This document shows positions 37,198 to 46,886 of a stretch of DNA of 64,000 bases, piece by piece. The number at the start of each line of letters is the position of its first letter. The stretch's first letter is position 1. The notes below the pieces were generated by a model. That model ran no database searches. It was not told where the DNA came from and worked only from the letters and a program-made list of their open reading frames with translations. This DNA is from an uncultured Methanosarcinales archaeon. GTDB lineage: Archaea; Nanobdellota; Nanobdellia; Woesearchaeales; ARS49. The stretch spans positions 706,774 through 770,773 of the forward strand of contig CAZJXP010000001.1 in NCBI GenBank assembly GCA_964550175.1. The letters run 5' to 3'. Position numbers and translations under genes: made by a program.

Positions 37198-38280
37198 ATG
37201 ATTGTCATTGACGGAGCGCAAGGGGAAGGCGGCGGGCAGATGCTTCGGACTGCGCTAGCACTATCTGCGGTTTCTCAAGAGCCGTTTCGAATGACCAATA
37301 TACGTTCTGGTCGAGATGTTCCAGGACTGAAGCCGCAGCATCTTGCCGCGGTTAAGACGGTGCAGAAGCTATGCAACGCGGTCGTGGAAGGAGATGCGAT
37401 TGGGTCGACTGAACTTACGTTCTTTCCGAAACCCATCAAAGGCGGCGCGATTGAGATTGATGTCGGAACGGCCGGAAGCGTCACTTTAGTTCTGCACGCT
37501 GCGGTGTTACCTTCATTGTTCGCGAAACAAAGCACGCGATTGCTGATTACTGGCGGGACGGATGTCGAGCATGCGCTGTCCATTGATTATTTTTCTGAAG
37601 TGTTTTTGCCGCAAATGAGGGGGTGGTGCGAGAAAATCGAAGTTAAACTGATTAAACGAGGGTATTATCCTGCCGGCGGCGGACAGGTTGAACTGTTTGT
37701 CAAGCCGAAGATCAAACGAAGCGAGTTTGAGACATTTGACTCGTTTGTTACGGCGTTGCGGGCGGTTGTTCCTCGAATGAATCTTTCTGAGCAAGGACAT
37801 CTGATGTTGATAAAAGGTGTTTCGCACGCGTCGCACGAGCTCGAGCGCGACAAAGTGGCTGAACGCCAGGCAAACGCGGCTTTAGCGATGCTGATGAAAC
37901 GCGGCGATGTCAAGATTATTTCTGAATACGTGAAAACAAGTTGTTCTGGCTCGGGGTTGACACTCTGGGCAATTTATTCTATTTTGCAGGATGACATTGA
38001 GTTTTCACGGCCGATACGACTTGGTTCTTGTGTCTTGAGTAAAGACCCGGAAGAAACGGGGAAGAACGCGGCACTGCGACTGATTGACGCGATGGATTCG
38101 TTATCTCCGGTTGACGAGCATCTGGGCGATATGCTGGTGCCGTTTGTCGCGCTTGCTACGGGGAGCTATGCAGTCGCGAACGTGACGGAGCATACGAGAA
38201 CGAATGTTTCTGTCGTGAACAGATTCTGTCCTGACGTTGTTATTGACGGAAACAAAATCAAGAAATTGCTGCAAGTTTGA
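37198..38280 (+). CDS. rtcA: RNA 3'-terminal phosphate cyclase
   Basis: DGAQGEGGGQMLR, GLKPQH, TAGS, GGTDV, RGYYPAGGG, TEHTRTN. Confidence 0.93.
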   Translation: MIVIDGAQGEGGGQMLRTALALSAVSQEPFRMTNIRSGRDVPGLKPQHLAAVKTVQKLCNAVVEGDAIGSTELTFFPKPIKGGAIEIDVGTAGSVTLVLHAAVLPSLFAKQSTRLLITGGTDVEHALSIDYFSEVFLPQMRGWCEKIEVKLIKRGYYPAGGGQVELFVKPKIKRSEFETFDSFVTALRAVVPRMNLSEQGHLMLIKGVSHASHELERDKVAERQANAALAMLMKRGDVKIISEYVKTSCSGSGLTLWAIYSILQDDIEFSRPIRLGSCVLSKDPEETGKNAALRLIDAMDSLSPVDEHLGDMLVPFVALATGSYAVANVTEHTRTNVSVVNRFCPDVVIDGNKIKKLLQV

Positions 38281-40444
38281 GCGACGTCTTCAAATCAAGA
38301 ATCTCGTAGCCCAAGGTGCGCTTGCTGTCGCCGTCACGCAACGACGCGTGGATGTGCTGCAGCTTTTGAAGTATGATTTTGGTCGTTGACAAATCATGGC
38401 TCGCCAACGCGTCATGCGCCTGGTTGAGCAGGTGCGGGATCTCTGCCGGTCGGGCAGCGGCGATGCCGGCTTCTTCATGACCTGAAATTTTTTCCGGCGG
38501 CTCGTACACGTGGTCTTCTATTTCTTCCACATGCGCCGGAGCTTGTGTTCTTGGCTGCGGCGGGGTGAATCGGTGCGGAACCGGGACTTTCTCGGATTTT
38601 TTAGCGGGGTGGTATTGTCGCAGTTCCTTCAATCGGTCTTCCTTGTGATGGATTGAGCTGGTTACGGAAATGACTTTGCGCGAATCCTTCTCCAACGTCC
38701 ATTCAAGTTCGTTTCGTAAGGCTTCAAGGCGCTTGATGTCGACTTTCGTTTCCTTAACCTTGGCGGCCTTTGCCTTCAACGCGTCGGCTTGTTTCCTCAA
38801 TTCTTCCGCTTTGGCCAACGCTTTCGTGATGAGCTGCTCTTTCTTCGCGAGCGAGGATTCGTATTGCTTCAATGCTGATTCTCTCTGCTTGAACTGCTCT
38901 TCGACCTTGCCGTGCGCATGAGCGACTCGTTCGAGCTCTCGGACGCGTTCAATGACGCTCTGCTCTTCCTTTGCAAGCTGCTTCTTGTCTTTTTCGAACT
39001 CTTTCGCGGCTTTCACGAGTTCGTCTTCCATTTCGCTCAAGGCGTTGATGTCGCCTTGAACGAGTTTGTTCAGCCCGGATTTCTCGTGCTTGACCTGGTC
39101 TTGGATTGCGGAAACGGTATCGCGTTCCGATTTCCATTGTGACATTGATTCTTGGAATTCTGCTTTGCGGCCATCGATTTCGCTTTGCAGCTCTTCCTTG
39201 AGCTGCGTGAGCTCCTCTTTCGCGTTTTCGATTGACGCACGGGCATTGGAGAGATTCAATTCGTCTTCCGCAAACTCCTTCTCTCGCGCAGCCATTTCTT
39301 TCTGATGCTTCTCGAGCTGGCGATCCAACGCGGTCAAACCATCTTCTTTCTGCGCGAGCGCCTTTTCTTTCTGGTCGAGAATATCTCGTCGCTTTTCAAT
39401 TTCGGATTGGAACTTGTTCATCTGCTGCGAGCGCTTCTGCAATTCCTTGTTCGCGCTTTCGGCGGCGGACTGGTGGTTCGCAAGATCTTTCTGGGCAAGC
39501 TTGATCTGCTGCTTTAAATCATCGAGACGGGATTGGGCTGCCTGCTCCTGCTGAGCGGTTTTTTGTCGGAAGACCTTGTTGAATTCCTTCTCTTTTTCAG
39601 CGTAGAGCGATTCTAGCTGCCTGATCTGGGCGCAGAGCTCGCTGTACTTCTTTCCGGCTTCCTGTTCTCGCTTTTCCTTCTTCTGCTGGAAGACCTTATT
39701 GTATTCCTTATCTTTTTCGTCGTAGAGCTTCTCTACCTGTCGGATTTGGGCGCAGAGTTCGCCGTATTCCTTTGCCGCGTTGTCGCGTTTGGACTGGGTC
39801 GCTTGCGCCGCGCGCTCCAATGATGCCTGCTTCGAGCTTAAGCTTGATTCTTGCGCGGAGATTTCCTTGGCGCGTTTTTGCAATTGGGCGTTGAGCGAAA
39901 GCAGCCCGGCGTCTTTGTCGTTCAGGACCTTTTCTTTGATATCGAGGAGCTGTTCTCGCTTTTCAAGATGATTCTGCAATCCTCGTAATTCGTGGTATTT
40001 TTTTGCGATCGCGCGCTCGCTGCTGCTCAATTCAGTTCTATTTTCGACCAAATCATCGCTGAGCGCCTTCAGTTCCGACTTCACCAATTTTACCTGTGCT
40101 TCCGCGTTTCTCTTTGCGTTTTCGAGCCCCTCGATTTCCTTCAGCACTTCGTGCTTCCGGTTTTCGGCGCGGTTGACCTTCGCCATCGTTTCCCTGATGA
40201 GGGACTCCTTGTCAGAGAATGCGCGCGCTTTTTGAACGAGAGTTGCTTCGAGATCGGCTAATGCGTGCTCTTTCTTCTTTATTTCTTGCGACTTCTTGTC
40301 AAAGACCTTTTCGAGGTCGTGCAATTGGGAGGATTTCTTTCTGAGAATGCGTTCGTAGTCCGCGGTTGACGGGGCGGGAGGAGGCGGGAGCTCGCTCTTA
40401 AACATCGAAAACAGGGTCCGCGCCCCTTTCGCGGTCGTTGCCAT
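38258..40444 (-). CDS. Long coiled-coil protein with internal 40-aa duplication
   Basis: About 600 aa of heptads, no ATPase motifs, PPPP N-terminus. Confidence 0.75.
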   Translation of the reverse strand: MATTAKGARTLFSMFKSELPPPPAPSTADYERILRKKSSQLHDLEKVFDKKSQEIKKKEHALADLEATLVQKARAFSDKESLIRETMAKVNRAENRKHEVLKEIEGLENAKRNAEAQVKLVKSELKALSDDLVENRTELSSSERAIAKKYHELRGLQNHLEKREQLLDIKEKVLNDKDAGLLSLNAQLQKRAKEISAQESSLSSKQASLERAAQATQSKRDNAAKEYGELCAQIRQVEKLYDEKDKEYNKVFQQKKEKREQEAGKKYSELCAQIRQLESLYAEKEKEFNKVFRQKTAQQEQAAQSRLDDLKQQIKLAQKDLANHQSAAESANKELQKRSQQMNKFQSEIEKRRDILDQKEKALAQKEDGLTALDRQLEKHQKEMAAREKEFAEDELNLSNARASIENAKEELTQLKEELQSEIDGRKAEFQESMSQWKSERDTVSAIQDQVKHEKSGLNKLVQGDINALSEMEDELVKAAKEFEKDKKQLAKEEQSVIERVRELERVAHAHGKVEEQFKQRESALKQYESSLAKKEQLITKALAKAEELRKQADALKAKAAKVKETKVDIKRLEALRNELEWTLEKDSRKVISVTSSIHHKEDRLKELRQYHPAKKSEKVPVPHRFTPPQPRTQAPAHVEEIEDHVYEPPEKISGHEEAGIAAARPAEIPHLLNQAHDALASHDLSTTKIILQKLQHIHASLRDGDSKRTLGYEILDLKTSLKLAAIS

Positions 40445-40572
40445 GCATGCATTATCCTTGGTTTGCTTTAAATAAGTGTGTTATGATTACGGAGTGGTTG
40501 TATGGGGGTTTAACGCGGTTGAAAGAACCCTTCAGGCAAAGCTTTTTAAACCCCTGAGAAGCCCCAATCTTC

Positions 40573-40734
40573 ATGAAGCAATGCTCATCCTGTAAGACGC
40601 CGTTGGCGAATGTTCGTGGCGCGGTCACGTTCAAGTGCCCGGGCTGCGGCAAGCACGAACTGTGCCGATGCGCACACTGCCGCGAAATTGCGGCTGCCTT
40701 CAAGTGCGTCTGCGGATTCTCCGGACCGAACTGA
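40573..40734 (+). CDS. DUF1610 Zn-ribbon protein (not in the ORF track)
   Basis: MKQCSSC...FKCPGCG...RCAHCR...FKCVCGFSGPN*; conserved archaeal position upstream of EF-1beta. Confidence 0.9.
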   Translation: MKQCSSCKTPLANVRGAVTFKCPGCGKHELCRCAHCREIAAAFKCVCGFSGPN

Positions 40735-40735
40735 T

Positions 40736-41014
40736 ATGGGCAAAGCGTACGTCGTTCTCACTTATCGCGTTATGCCGACCTCTCCGGACGTCGACATGGC
40801 TCACTTGCAAAAGGATTTGCATGATGTTATTTCTAAAGAGTCCAAAGGCGAACCGAAGTTCGAAGTCAAGCCTTTTGCGTTCGGATTGAAAGCCATTGAA
40901 GTAACGTTCATGATTGACGAAGTCAAGGGCTGCGACGCCATCGAAGACACGATGCGTAAAGTGCCTCACGTTGAAAACTTGGAAGTTATTAGGTTGGATA
41001 GGGCGTTGGGATAA
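40736..41014 (+). CDS. ef1b: Translation elongation factor aEF-1 beta
   Basis: VMPTSPDVD, PFAFGLKAI. Confidence 0.92.
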   Translation: MGKAYVVLTYRVMPTSPDVDMAHLQKDLHDVISKESKGEPKFEVKPFAFGLKAIEVTFMIDEVKGCDAIEDTMRKVPHVENLEVIRLDRALG

Positions 41015-42112
41015 TTATTTTAGAAGTTTCTTGATTAATTGTAATGGCGCATTTGTCCTTATTGCCGTGTCTCGGAAGTGCGTCGTCGCGGCGTGATAGC
41101 CTTTCTTGTCAAGCGCTTTGATGATTGATTCTGTTTTCGGGACTGAGACGTTTAACATACTCGCCAGCTTGTGCAAATCATAGAATCCTACTGTGTTGAT
41201 GTGCGATTCGTCGTGAATCAATTTGACGAGCTTCAGGTCGCTCATTTTGCGCATCTTCGCGACGATGGCATGGTTCCATAACGATCCGAGCCACAACGGG
41301 CCGGCGACGTGCATCATCGTTCCGCAGGAACAACGTTCGACGTTGATGCCTGACGAGGAGTGTTCGCCGCAGTTGTTGCAATAGCGCACAAACCCGTGAA
41401 GGCTGCTGATCGTCTTGATGACTGATTTTGATTTCTCCGAGTGGAGATAGATGCGCGTGTAATGGTCGGAGGCGTGGCCGAAGACCGGAATCAACGCCTT
41501 GTCGTACTGCATGCCAATGAGTTGGACTTTTCTGATGAGAATGCGCATTCCGATCTCGTGCATCAGTTCGTTGCGCAAAGGTTCGGCCCAGTATTTTCGC
41601 CGGCAGGCGTCCGGAAAACTTCCGGCAAGCGCGCCGGTGTCTGTGGCTGTAACTGCGAGAATGCCGTCGCGGCTCATCCGCTTGCATGCGGCATCGAGAA
41701 ATTGATTGGGACTGCCGAACGGGTCGATTTCGATGTAGTCGAACCCGATCCCGTCAAGCAGGAATTTAGATGCTTCTTTTTGCGAAATCGAAACGTTTTT
41801 TGCGGAAATCTTGTTGAGCTTCAGTTGCTTCTTGAACAAGGTTTGAAATTTAGGATTGCCGTCGTTCACAAAAATCTCTTTGACCATCCCTTTCGGAAGT
41901 TCTTTCAAGAATCTTAATGAACGAATTCCTGTTCCGGCCAACGGGTCGGCGATTATTAGTCCCTTTTTGCCGATGGCCTTCAACAGAAGAACGGAAATGT
42001 CGCGATTCAAACTCATCACCGGATTGTAGAACACTTCAAGTTCTTTCGAGACCACTTTCGCGACGGGAGCGAAGAATGCTATTTTGCCTTCGGAGAGTTT
42101 CGTTAACGTCAT
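41015..42112 (-). CDS. trm1: tRNA (guanine-26-N2)-dimethyltransferase
   Basis: VFYNPVMSLNRD, AGTGIRSLR, IDPFGSP, TATD, Zn finger, THF. Confidence 0.93.
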   Translation of the reverse strand: MTLTKLSEGKIAFFAPVAKVVSKELEVFYNPVMSLNRDISVLLLKAIGKKGLIIADPLAGTGIRSLRFLKELPKGMVKEIFVNDGNPKFQTLFKKQLKLNKISAKNVSISQKEASKFLLDGIGFDYIEIDPFGSPNQFLDAACKRMSRDGILAVTATDTGALAGSFPDACRRKYWAEPLRNELMHEIGMRILIRKVQLIGMQYDKALIPVFGHASDHYTRIYLHSEKSKSVIKTISSLHGFVRYCNNCGEHSSSGINVERCSCGTMMHVAGPLWLGSLWNHAIVAKMRKMSDLKLVKLIHDESHINTVGFYDLHKLASMLNVSVPKTESIIKALDKKGYHAATTHFRDTAIRTNAPLQLIKKLLK

Positions 42113-42196
42113 AGTCGCAACCTGGCGCGAGCGACCGGGGGTCGTCCCTTACGGGGTGGTCGCGAGCCTGCCACGGTTGCGCACGTCATTAAAATT

Positions 42197-42508
42197 CTAT
42201 TTATGCTTCTTCTTGTCCGGCGACGCGCCCTTGCTGAACCCTTCCTCGGCGTCGTCAATCTCGTCGTCGTCGATGAGCTCTTCGCGGCCTTCGTCCGTGT
42301 AGACGTCCGGCTCGGCTTCCTTCTTCTCGACCTTGTCCTCGTATTCTTCCTTCGTGAGATCGTAATCCTCGTCGTCGTGTGAGGTCTGCGGCACCATCGG
42401 CTCGTCGTCCTTCGCCTGGCTTTTTGACTTGACTTTAGGTTTTGGAGTGTATTTCTTCGGAGAACGGCTTGCTTTACGTACTACCTTCTTGACGCTCTTT
42501 TTTGACAT
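42197..42508 (-). CDS. Hypothetical protein with basic N-terminus and acidic C-terminus
   Basis: DVYTDEGREELIDDDEIDDAEEGF motif. Confidence 0.7.
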   Translation of the reverse strand: MSKKSVKKVVRKASRSPKKYTPKPKVKSKSQAKDDEPMVPQTSHDDEDYDLTKEEYEDKVEKKEAEPDVYTDEGREELIDDDEIDDAEEGFSKGASPDKKKHK

Positions 42509-42530
42509 ACACGCACGCGTGTCTTTCGGC

Positions 42531-44426
42531 TTATAAAGTTTTTGCCGGGGCTTCTGCGGGTTTGGGAGTGAAGAACTGCTTAATTATAGGGAGCGGATTG
42601 AGCGCGATTCTCGGATTCCAGTCAGTAGGGAAGCATTTGCTATACATCGGCTGAGCGTAGCGCTCGTCCAAGAAGACCAACACTCCTCTATCGGTCTCGG
42701 AACGGATGCATCTGCCGGCGTTCTGCAACGTCTTCGTGATTGCGGGAAGGACATAGCCATAATCCCAGCCCTTGTGAAACTTCTTATCATAATAATTGAT
42801 GAGCTCCTTCGTCTCGAGATCGGGTCTATCAAGAGGAATGCCGACCACGATTACGCATTTCAACACGCCCGGCAGGTCGACCCCTTCCCCGAACGAGCCG
42901 GCGGCGACGCCTAACAAAACCGCGCCAATCTGCTTGTACTGCGAAAATCGCTCCAGCAAGCCTTGACGGTCCTCTTTGCTCGCTTTGGAATCTTCGGTGA
43001 ACACGGTTTTTTTGCACGCCGTGTTGAAATAGTTCGCGACGCTGTCGCGCAGCGCGTAGCTCGGAAAGAAAATAGCGGAACAGCCGGGAATCTCGTTCAC
43101 GATGTCGGCGCATTGCTTTGCGATGTTTTGGTACTGTTGTTCCGAACGCGACGCGAACTTCGTCGTGCCATTAGGAAGTATCAAACAGCACTTGTTGATG
43201 GACGGAAACGGACTCGGAAACTCTTTTTGGACGGTTGTTTTCGGAAACCCGAGCAAGTCCGCGAACATTGCAGTAGGGGTTAACGTTCCCGACATCAAGA
43301 TAGTTGTGTGCGCCTTCGCGATGACGTCGCGCGACAACAATGACGGGTCCATGCAGCGGTGCGAAAGAATGATCGATTTCTCGTTGCGGAAATCCTTGAC
43401 TGAAACGGTGCGGCTGAAGCCGGCATCTCCGGACGTCCAGCCCTTCATAAAAGCAGCCACTCCGCCGATGGCGCTCGCTTCCTCAAGTGCGCGGATGTCC
43501 TCGGCAGCTGAGTCAAGATCTTCCATGAGCTCGTCAATATCCTTGATTTTCTTGATTTCGTTGACGAACGTCTCTTTCGTCACGAGTTTTTCCTGGTCGC
43601 GATACAATCCGGTCGCGAGCTTCTGCAACACGGCTTGCATCTCAACAAGATAATCGTGCTCCTTGTCGTGGCCGTGCTTTTTCGCCTCGTTTATCGCGCG
43701 CCGGAGCATCGTCGTCGTGAGACGCTGCGTCATTTCGTCCCGCAAACGGTCGGGAAGGTTGTGCCCCTCATCGATAATGAGGATTGCCTTTTCCAGCTGC
43801 TTGTTTATTTTCGCCATGAATCCGTCGCGGATCCGGGCGTTGAACAAATAATTGTAGTCCGTGATGATGACCTTCGAGTCTTTCGCTAAGAGCAACGAAA
43901 GTTCGTACGGACACATCTCCTGCGTCATGCCAAAGTCGAGCACGCGCTCACTCGTGCACGGGCTTTCGCGCTTCAGCTGCACGGTCGCGAGGTCGGCCTC
44001 CATCGTCGCGAACCCCTTGTCATTCCGAGTGTTGAGATAGTTCGAGCATTTGCCTTCTTCCTTCATCGACTTGCAATAATGCGCAAAGTCGTCCGAGCGC
44101 ATCAACGCCGCGCCGGGCTGGGCGCACAGATGGCGCTTGCCAACGACGGAAACGGTTCCGAGATTCACGTCGAATTTATTTTTGATTGCGGTCAATGTTT
44201 GTAATGCAATCAAGTGCTGCGTTTGTCGTGAGGTGAGGAAAAATACTGTGAGATCTTTTTCTTTTACGGCAGTTAACGCCGGGGCGATTGTCGCCGCTGT
44301 TTTTCCCAGCCCCGTCGGAGCGTGCACAATCAGCGGCGTTTTCGTCTCGATTGCCTTTTTCACGCACTCGATGAGCTCGTTTTGGACCTTGCGCATCGTT
44401 TCGTGCGGAAAAAGCAGCGGAAGCAT
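42531..44426 (-). CDS. xpd: XPD/Rad3/DinG family Fe-S helicase
   Basis: APTGLGKT, four Fe-S Cys, DEGHNL, SGT, EGVDLPG, QNAGRCIR. Confidence 0.92.
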   Translation of the reverse strand: MLPLLFPHETMRKVQNELIECVKKAIETKTPLIVHAPTGLGKTAATIAPALTAVKEKDLTVFFLTSRQTQHLIALQTLTAIKNKFDVNLGTVSVVGKRHLCAQPGAALMRSDDFAHYCKSMKEEGKCSNYLNTRNDKGFATMEADLATVQLKRESPCTSERVLDFGMTQEMCPYELSLLLAKDSKVIITDYNYLFNARIRDGFMAKINKQLEKAILIIDEGHNLPDRLRDEMTQRLTTTMLRRAINEAKKHGHDKEHDYLVEMQAVLQKLATGLYRDQEKLVTKETFVNEIKKIKDIDELMEDLDSAAEDIRALEEASAIGGVAAFMKGWTSGDAGFSRTVSVKDFRNEKSIILSHRCMDPSLLSRDVIAKAHTTILMSGTLTPTAMFADLLGFPKTTVQKEFPSPFPSINKCCLILPNGTTKFASRSEQQYQNIAKQCADIVNEIPGCSAIFFPSYALRDSVANYFNTACKKTVFTEDSKASKEDRQGLLERFSQYKQIGAVLLGVAAGSFGEGVDLPGVLKCVIVVGIPLDRPDLETKELINYYDKKFHKGWDYGYVLPAITKTLQNAGRCIRSETDRGVLVFLDERYAQPMYSKCFPTDWNPRIALNPLPIIKQFFTPKPAEAPAKTL

Positions 44427-44657
44427 GCGTTTTCAGTTCGGCCGAGCTATAAATTGGTTTGTGTTTTGCATTTTTTTGACGAACAAACGAATTCTTTTCA
44501 CTACTTTTCACGAAACATTTATATAGAATTTCGATGCGGGTGAAATTAGTGGTTTGATTTCGCGCCGGGAGCGTTTTCCGACGGAAAAATCGCGATGCGT
44601 CATTAGCGAAACATTTAAATATCGCTTAGGATGTATCTATTCCACTATCTAACTAAC

Positions 44658-44954
44658 ATGGCAAGTACTTGGGGGGCATTATCAGCGAGCAACAAGGAGA
44701 TCTTCAAGGTCTTCTTCCGCGAAAAGCCCGCAATGATGCTTGTCGAACTTCGCAACGCGAAGACTGAAGTGTACGCGAGTTCATTAGCAAAGCAGATTGA
44801 TTGCACGTATTCTCACGTTGTCAAGATTCTTCAGCAAATGGAGAAAGAAGGCTTGATCAATTTCGACAAGCAAGGTCGATTGAAGCTTCTGACGTTGACC
44901 AAGAAAGGCACGGAAGTCGCGGAACGCATCGACCACATTAGAACGACGTTGTAA
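44658..44954 (+). CDS. Winged-helix transcriptional regulator
   Basis: YASSLAKQIDCTYSHVVKIL...GRLKLLTLTKKG. Confidence 0.88.
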   Translation: MASTWGALSASNKEIFKVFFREKPAMMLVELRNAKTEVYASSLAKQIDCTYSHVVKILQQMEKEGLINFDKQGRLKLLTLTKKGTEVAERIDHIRTTL

Positions 44955-44993
44955 TTCGTAAGCTTTTTAGACTCTTTCGCAGTATTTTCTCAC

Positions 44994-45395
44994 ATGATTG
45001 TCGCGGCTTCAGGCGGATTCGACCCATTGCACATCGGCCACGTTGAATATCTCGAGAAAGCGAAGAAGCTTGGAACTAAATTAGTCGTCATTCTCAATAG
45101 CGATGACTTCTTGGTGCGCAAGAAAGGACAGGCATTCATGCCGTTTGCCGAGCGAAAACGGATTCTCGAGGCGTTGCGCTGCGTTGACGAGGTCATCCCG
45201 TGCATCGATGAGGACCAGAGCGTGTGCAAAACACTAGAACTGTTGAAACCGGACATTTTTGCGAAAGGGGGCGACCGGACGTCCGGAAACATTCCCGAAA
45301 AAGAGGTCTGCGATCGTCTCGGAATCAATATTGTCGATGGACTTGGCGAGAAGATACAGAGTAGTTCTTCGTTGATTGAAAAGATAAAGAAATAA
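44994..45395 (+). CDS. Cytidylyltransferase-family nucleotidyltransferase (RibL/TagD-like)
   Basis: GGFDPLHIGH, KGGD, SSS. Confidence 0.88.
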   Translation: MIVAASGGFDPLHIGHVEYLEKAKKLGTKLVVILNSDDFLVRKKGQAFMPFAERKRILEALRCVDEVIPCIDEDQSVCKTLELLKPDIFAKGGDRTSGNIPEKEVCDRLGINIVDGLGEKIQSSSSLIEKIKK

Positions 45396-45415
45396 AATAA
45401 GAAAAAAAGCAATGA

Positions 45416-45871
45416 TTATTGCGTGTACAGCTTGAGCTGCGTCGGATCGTACTTGAAGCTGATCGGCATCGTGCCGACGCGCTGATAGTACTTGATCAAT
45501 CGCTTGATCTTCGCATCCGTGAGCTGCATGCCTCGCAACGCGGGCATGTCCTGCTTGTTCGCGTCCAAGTGCTTTCTGACGGCGAACGCGCGCTTCATCA
45601 GCGCGAGCAAGTCGTCCGGCATCTTGGGCTTGTGGCCCTTTTCGACGAGCATTTCCGTGATGCGCTTGCCGGTGACGGTCTTCACATCAGGGATGCCGTA
45701 GCTGTCTCTTAATTCTAAGCCGATCTGGGAGGCGCTCTTGCCTTCCTTGTTCAGCTTCATGATGAGAAGTTCGACTTCCTTCTCCTTCATTCTGACCCAG
45801 CTGGGCTTTGTCTTGATCAACGGTTTCTTCGAACCGGAATTTCCTCGCTTTCTGCTGTGCATCTTTGCCAT
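45416..45871 (-). CDS. rps15: 30S ribosomal protein uS15 (S15P/S13e)
   Basis: MAKMHSRKRGNSGSKKP, IGLELRDSYGIP, KIKRLIKYY. Confidence 0.96.
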   Translation of the reverse strand: MAKMHSRKRGNSGSKKPLIKTKPSWVRMKEKEVELLIMKLNKEGKSASQIGLELRDSYGIPDVKTVTGKRITEMLVEKGHKPKMPDDLLALMKRAFAVRKHLDANKQDMPALRGMQLTDAKIKRLIKYYQRVGTMPISFKYDPTQLKLYTQ

Positions 45872-46058
45872 TCATGACACCTTTGTCTGTTGATGACGAG
45901 ATTCGGAGAACTTGTCTCTCCCGTCCGCCCGAGTCTTTCAACCCTTGCGTCGCTCGATATCAGAGATTGCCGAGGGAGGCTTTAAAAAGGTTTCTGTCGA
46001 AATAGACACTGGACATTTTCGCGCAGAGCATATAAATGACTTTTAGATTGATTGTGCA

Positions 46059-46820
46059 ATGGAAATAAACGCACAAACTGCGGAATTATGCGGCATCATT
46101 CTTGGTGATGGTCACATGCATAAAACGAAAAATCGAATAACGATCTCTGGCAGCAAGGATGACATCCATTATTTCCGCAACCGAGTTATTCCCTTGTTTC
46201 TCCAATGTTTCCCAGACATACATCCCGTATTAGTTCGACTTAAAACAGCCGAGGCATATAATCTTCAAGTTGAGAATAAGTTAGCATTTCAGTTTTTTAT
46301 TCAATCATATAATTTGCAACGGGGACCCAAAGAGGCTATGCACATTCCTTTAGTCATCCTTGCGAATGATTCACTTATTCCTCATTTTCTCCGAGGACTT
46401 TTTGATACTGATGGTTCATTTAAATTTTGCAAACAGGCACGCGGTTATGCATATTACCCTCGAATACGCATTGCTTTAGCCGAGTCTCCTCTCACTGATG
46501 CGTTACAGTTCCTTTTTACGCGCGCGGGATTTAAGGCGATAAAATCAGTGAAACTGAATCATGGGTTTGCAACGATGAAGAATCTTGTAACCTACGAAAT
46601 TTCCGGTTGCGCGGCTTTTGAACGGTGGATGACTCATATTTGTCCCGCTAATCCTGTGCAAAAAGCAAAGTATGACTATTGGACGAAATATGGACGTCAT
46701 GAGCCAGGAATGATTTATGAAGAAAGAATTTACAAAATAGCCTCGGGCGGATTCGAACCGCCGTCAACGCGTCCAGAGCGCGCTATACTTGACCAACTAT
46801 ACGACGAGGCTTTAAAGTAA
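46059..46820 (+). CDS. Free-standing LAGLIDADG homing-endonuclease-like protein
   Basis: Two motifs, AELCGIILGDG and HFLRGLFDTDG; AT-rich relative to flanks; no intein or intron context. Confidence 0.85.
   Translation: MEINAQTAELCGIILGDGHMHKTKNRITISGSKDDIHYFRNRVIPLFLQCFPDIHPVLVRLKTAEAYNLQVENKLAFQFFIQSYNLQRGPKEAMHIPLVILANDSLIPHFLRGLFDTDGSFKFCKQARGYAYYPRIRIALAESPLTDALQFLFTRAGFKAIKSVKLNHGFATMKNLVTYEISGCAAFERWMTHICPANPVQKAKYDYWTKYGRHEPGMIYEERIYKIASGGFEPPSTRPERAILDQLYDEALK
46738..46811 (-). tRNA. tRNA-Gln(CTG)
   Basis: AGCCTCG/CGAGGCT acceptor; GCGCG-CT-CTG-GA-CGCGT; GTTCGAATC. Confidence 0.95.
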
Positions 46821-46886
46821 AATAAACGTGTAATTGTGGGTTTAAAAAGCTTTATGTGGCTCTTGAGTTGGGCGTTCAAGAATTAT

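Noticed and set aside
38258..40444. SMC/Rad50 call for the coiled-coil protein
   Set aside because: No Walker A/B, signature or hinge motifs.
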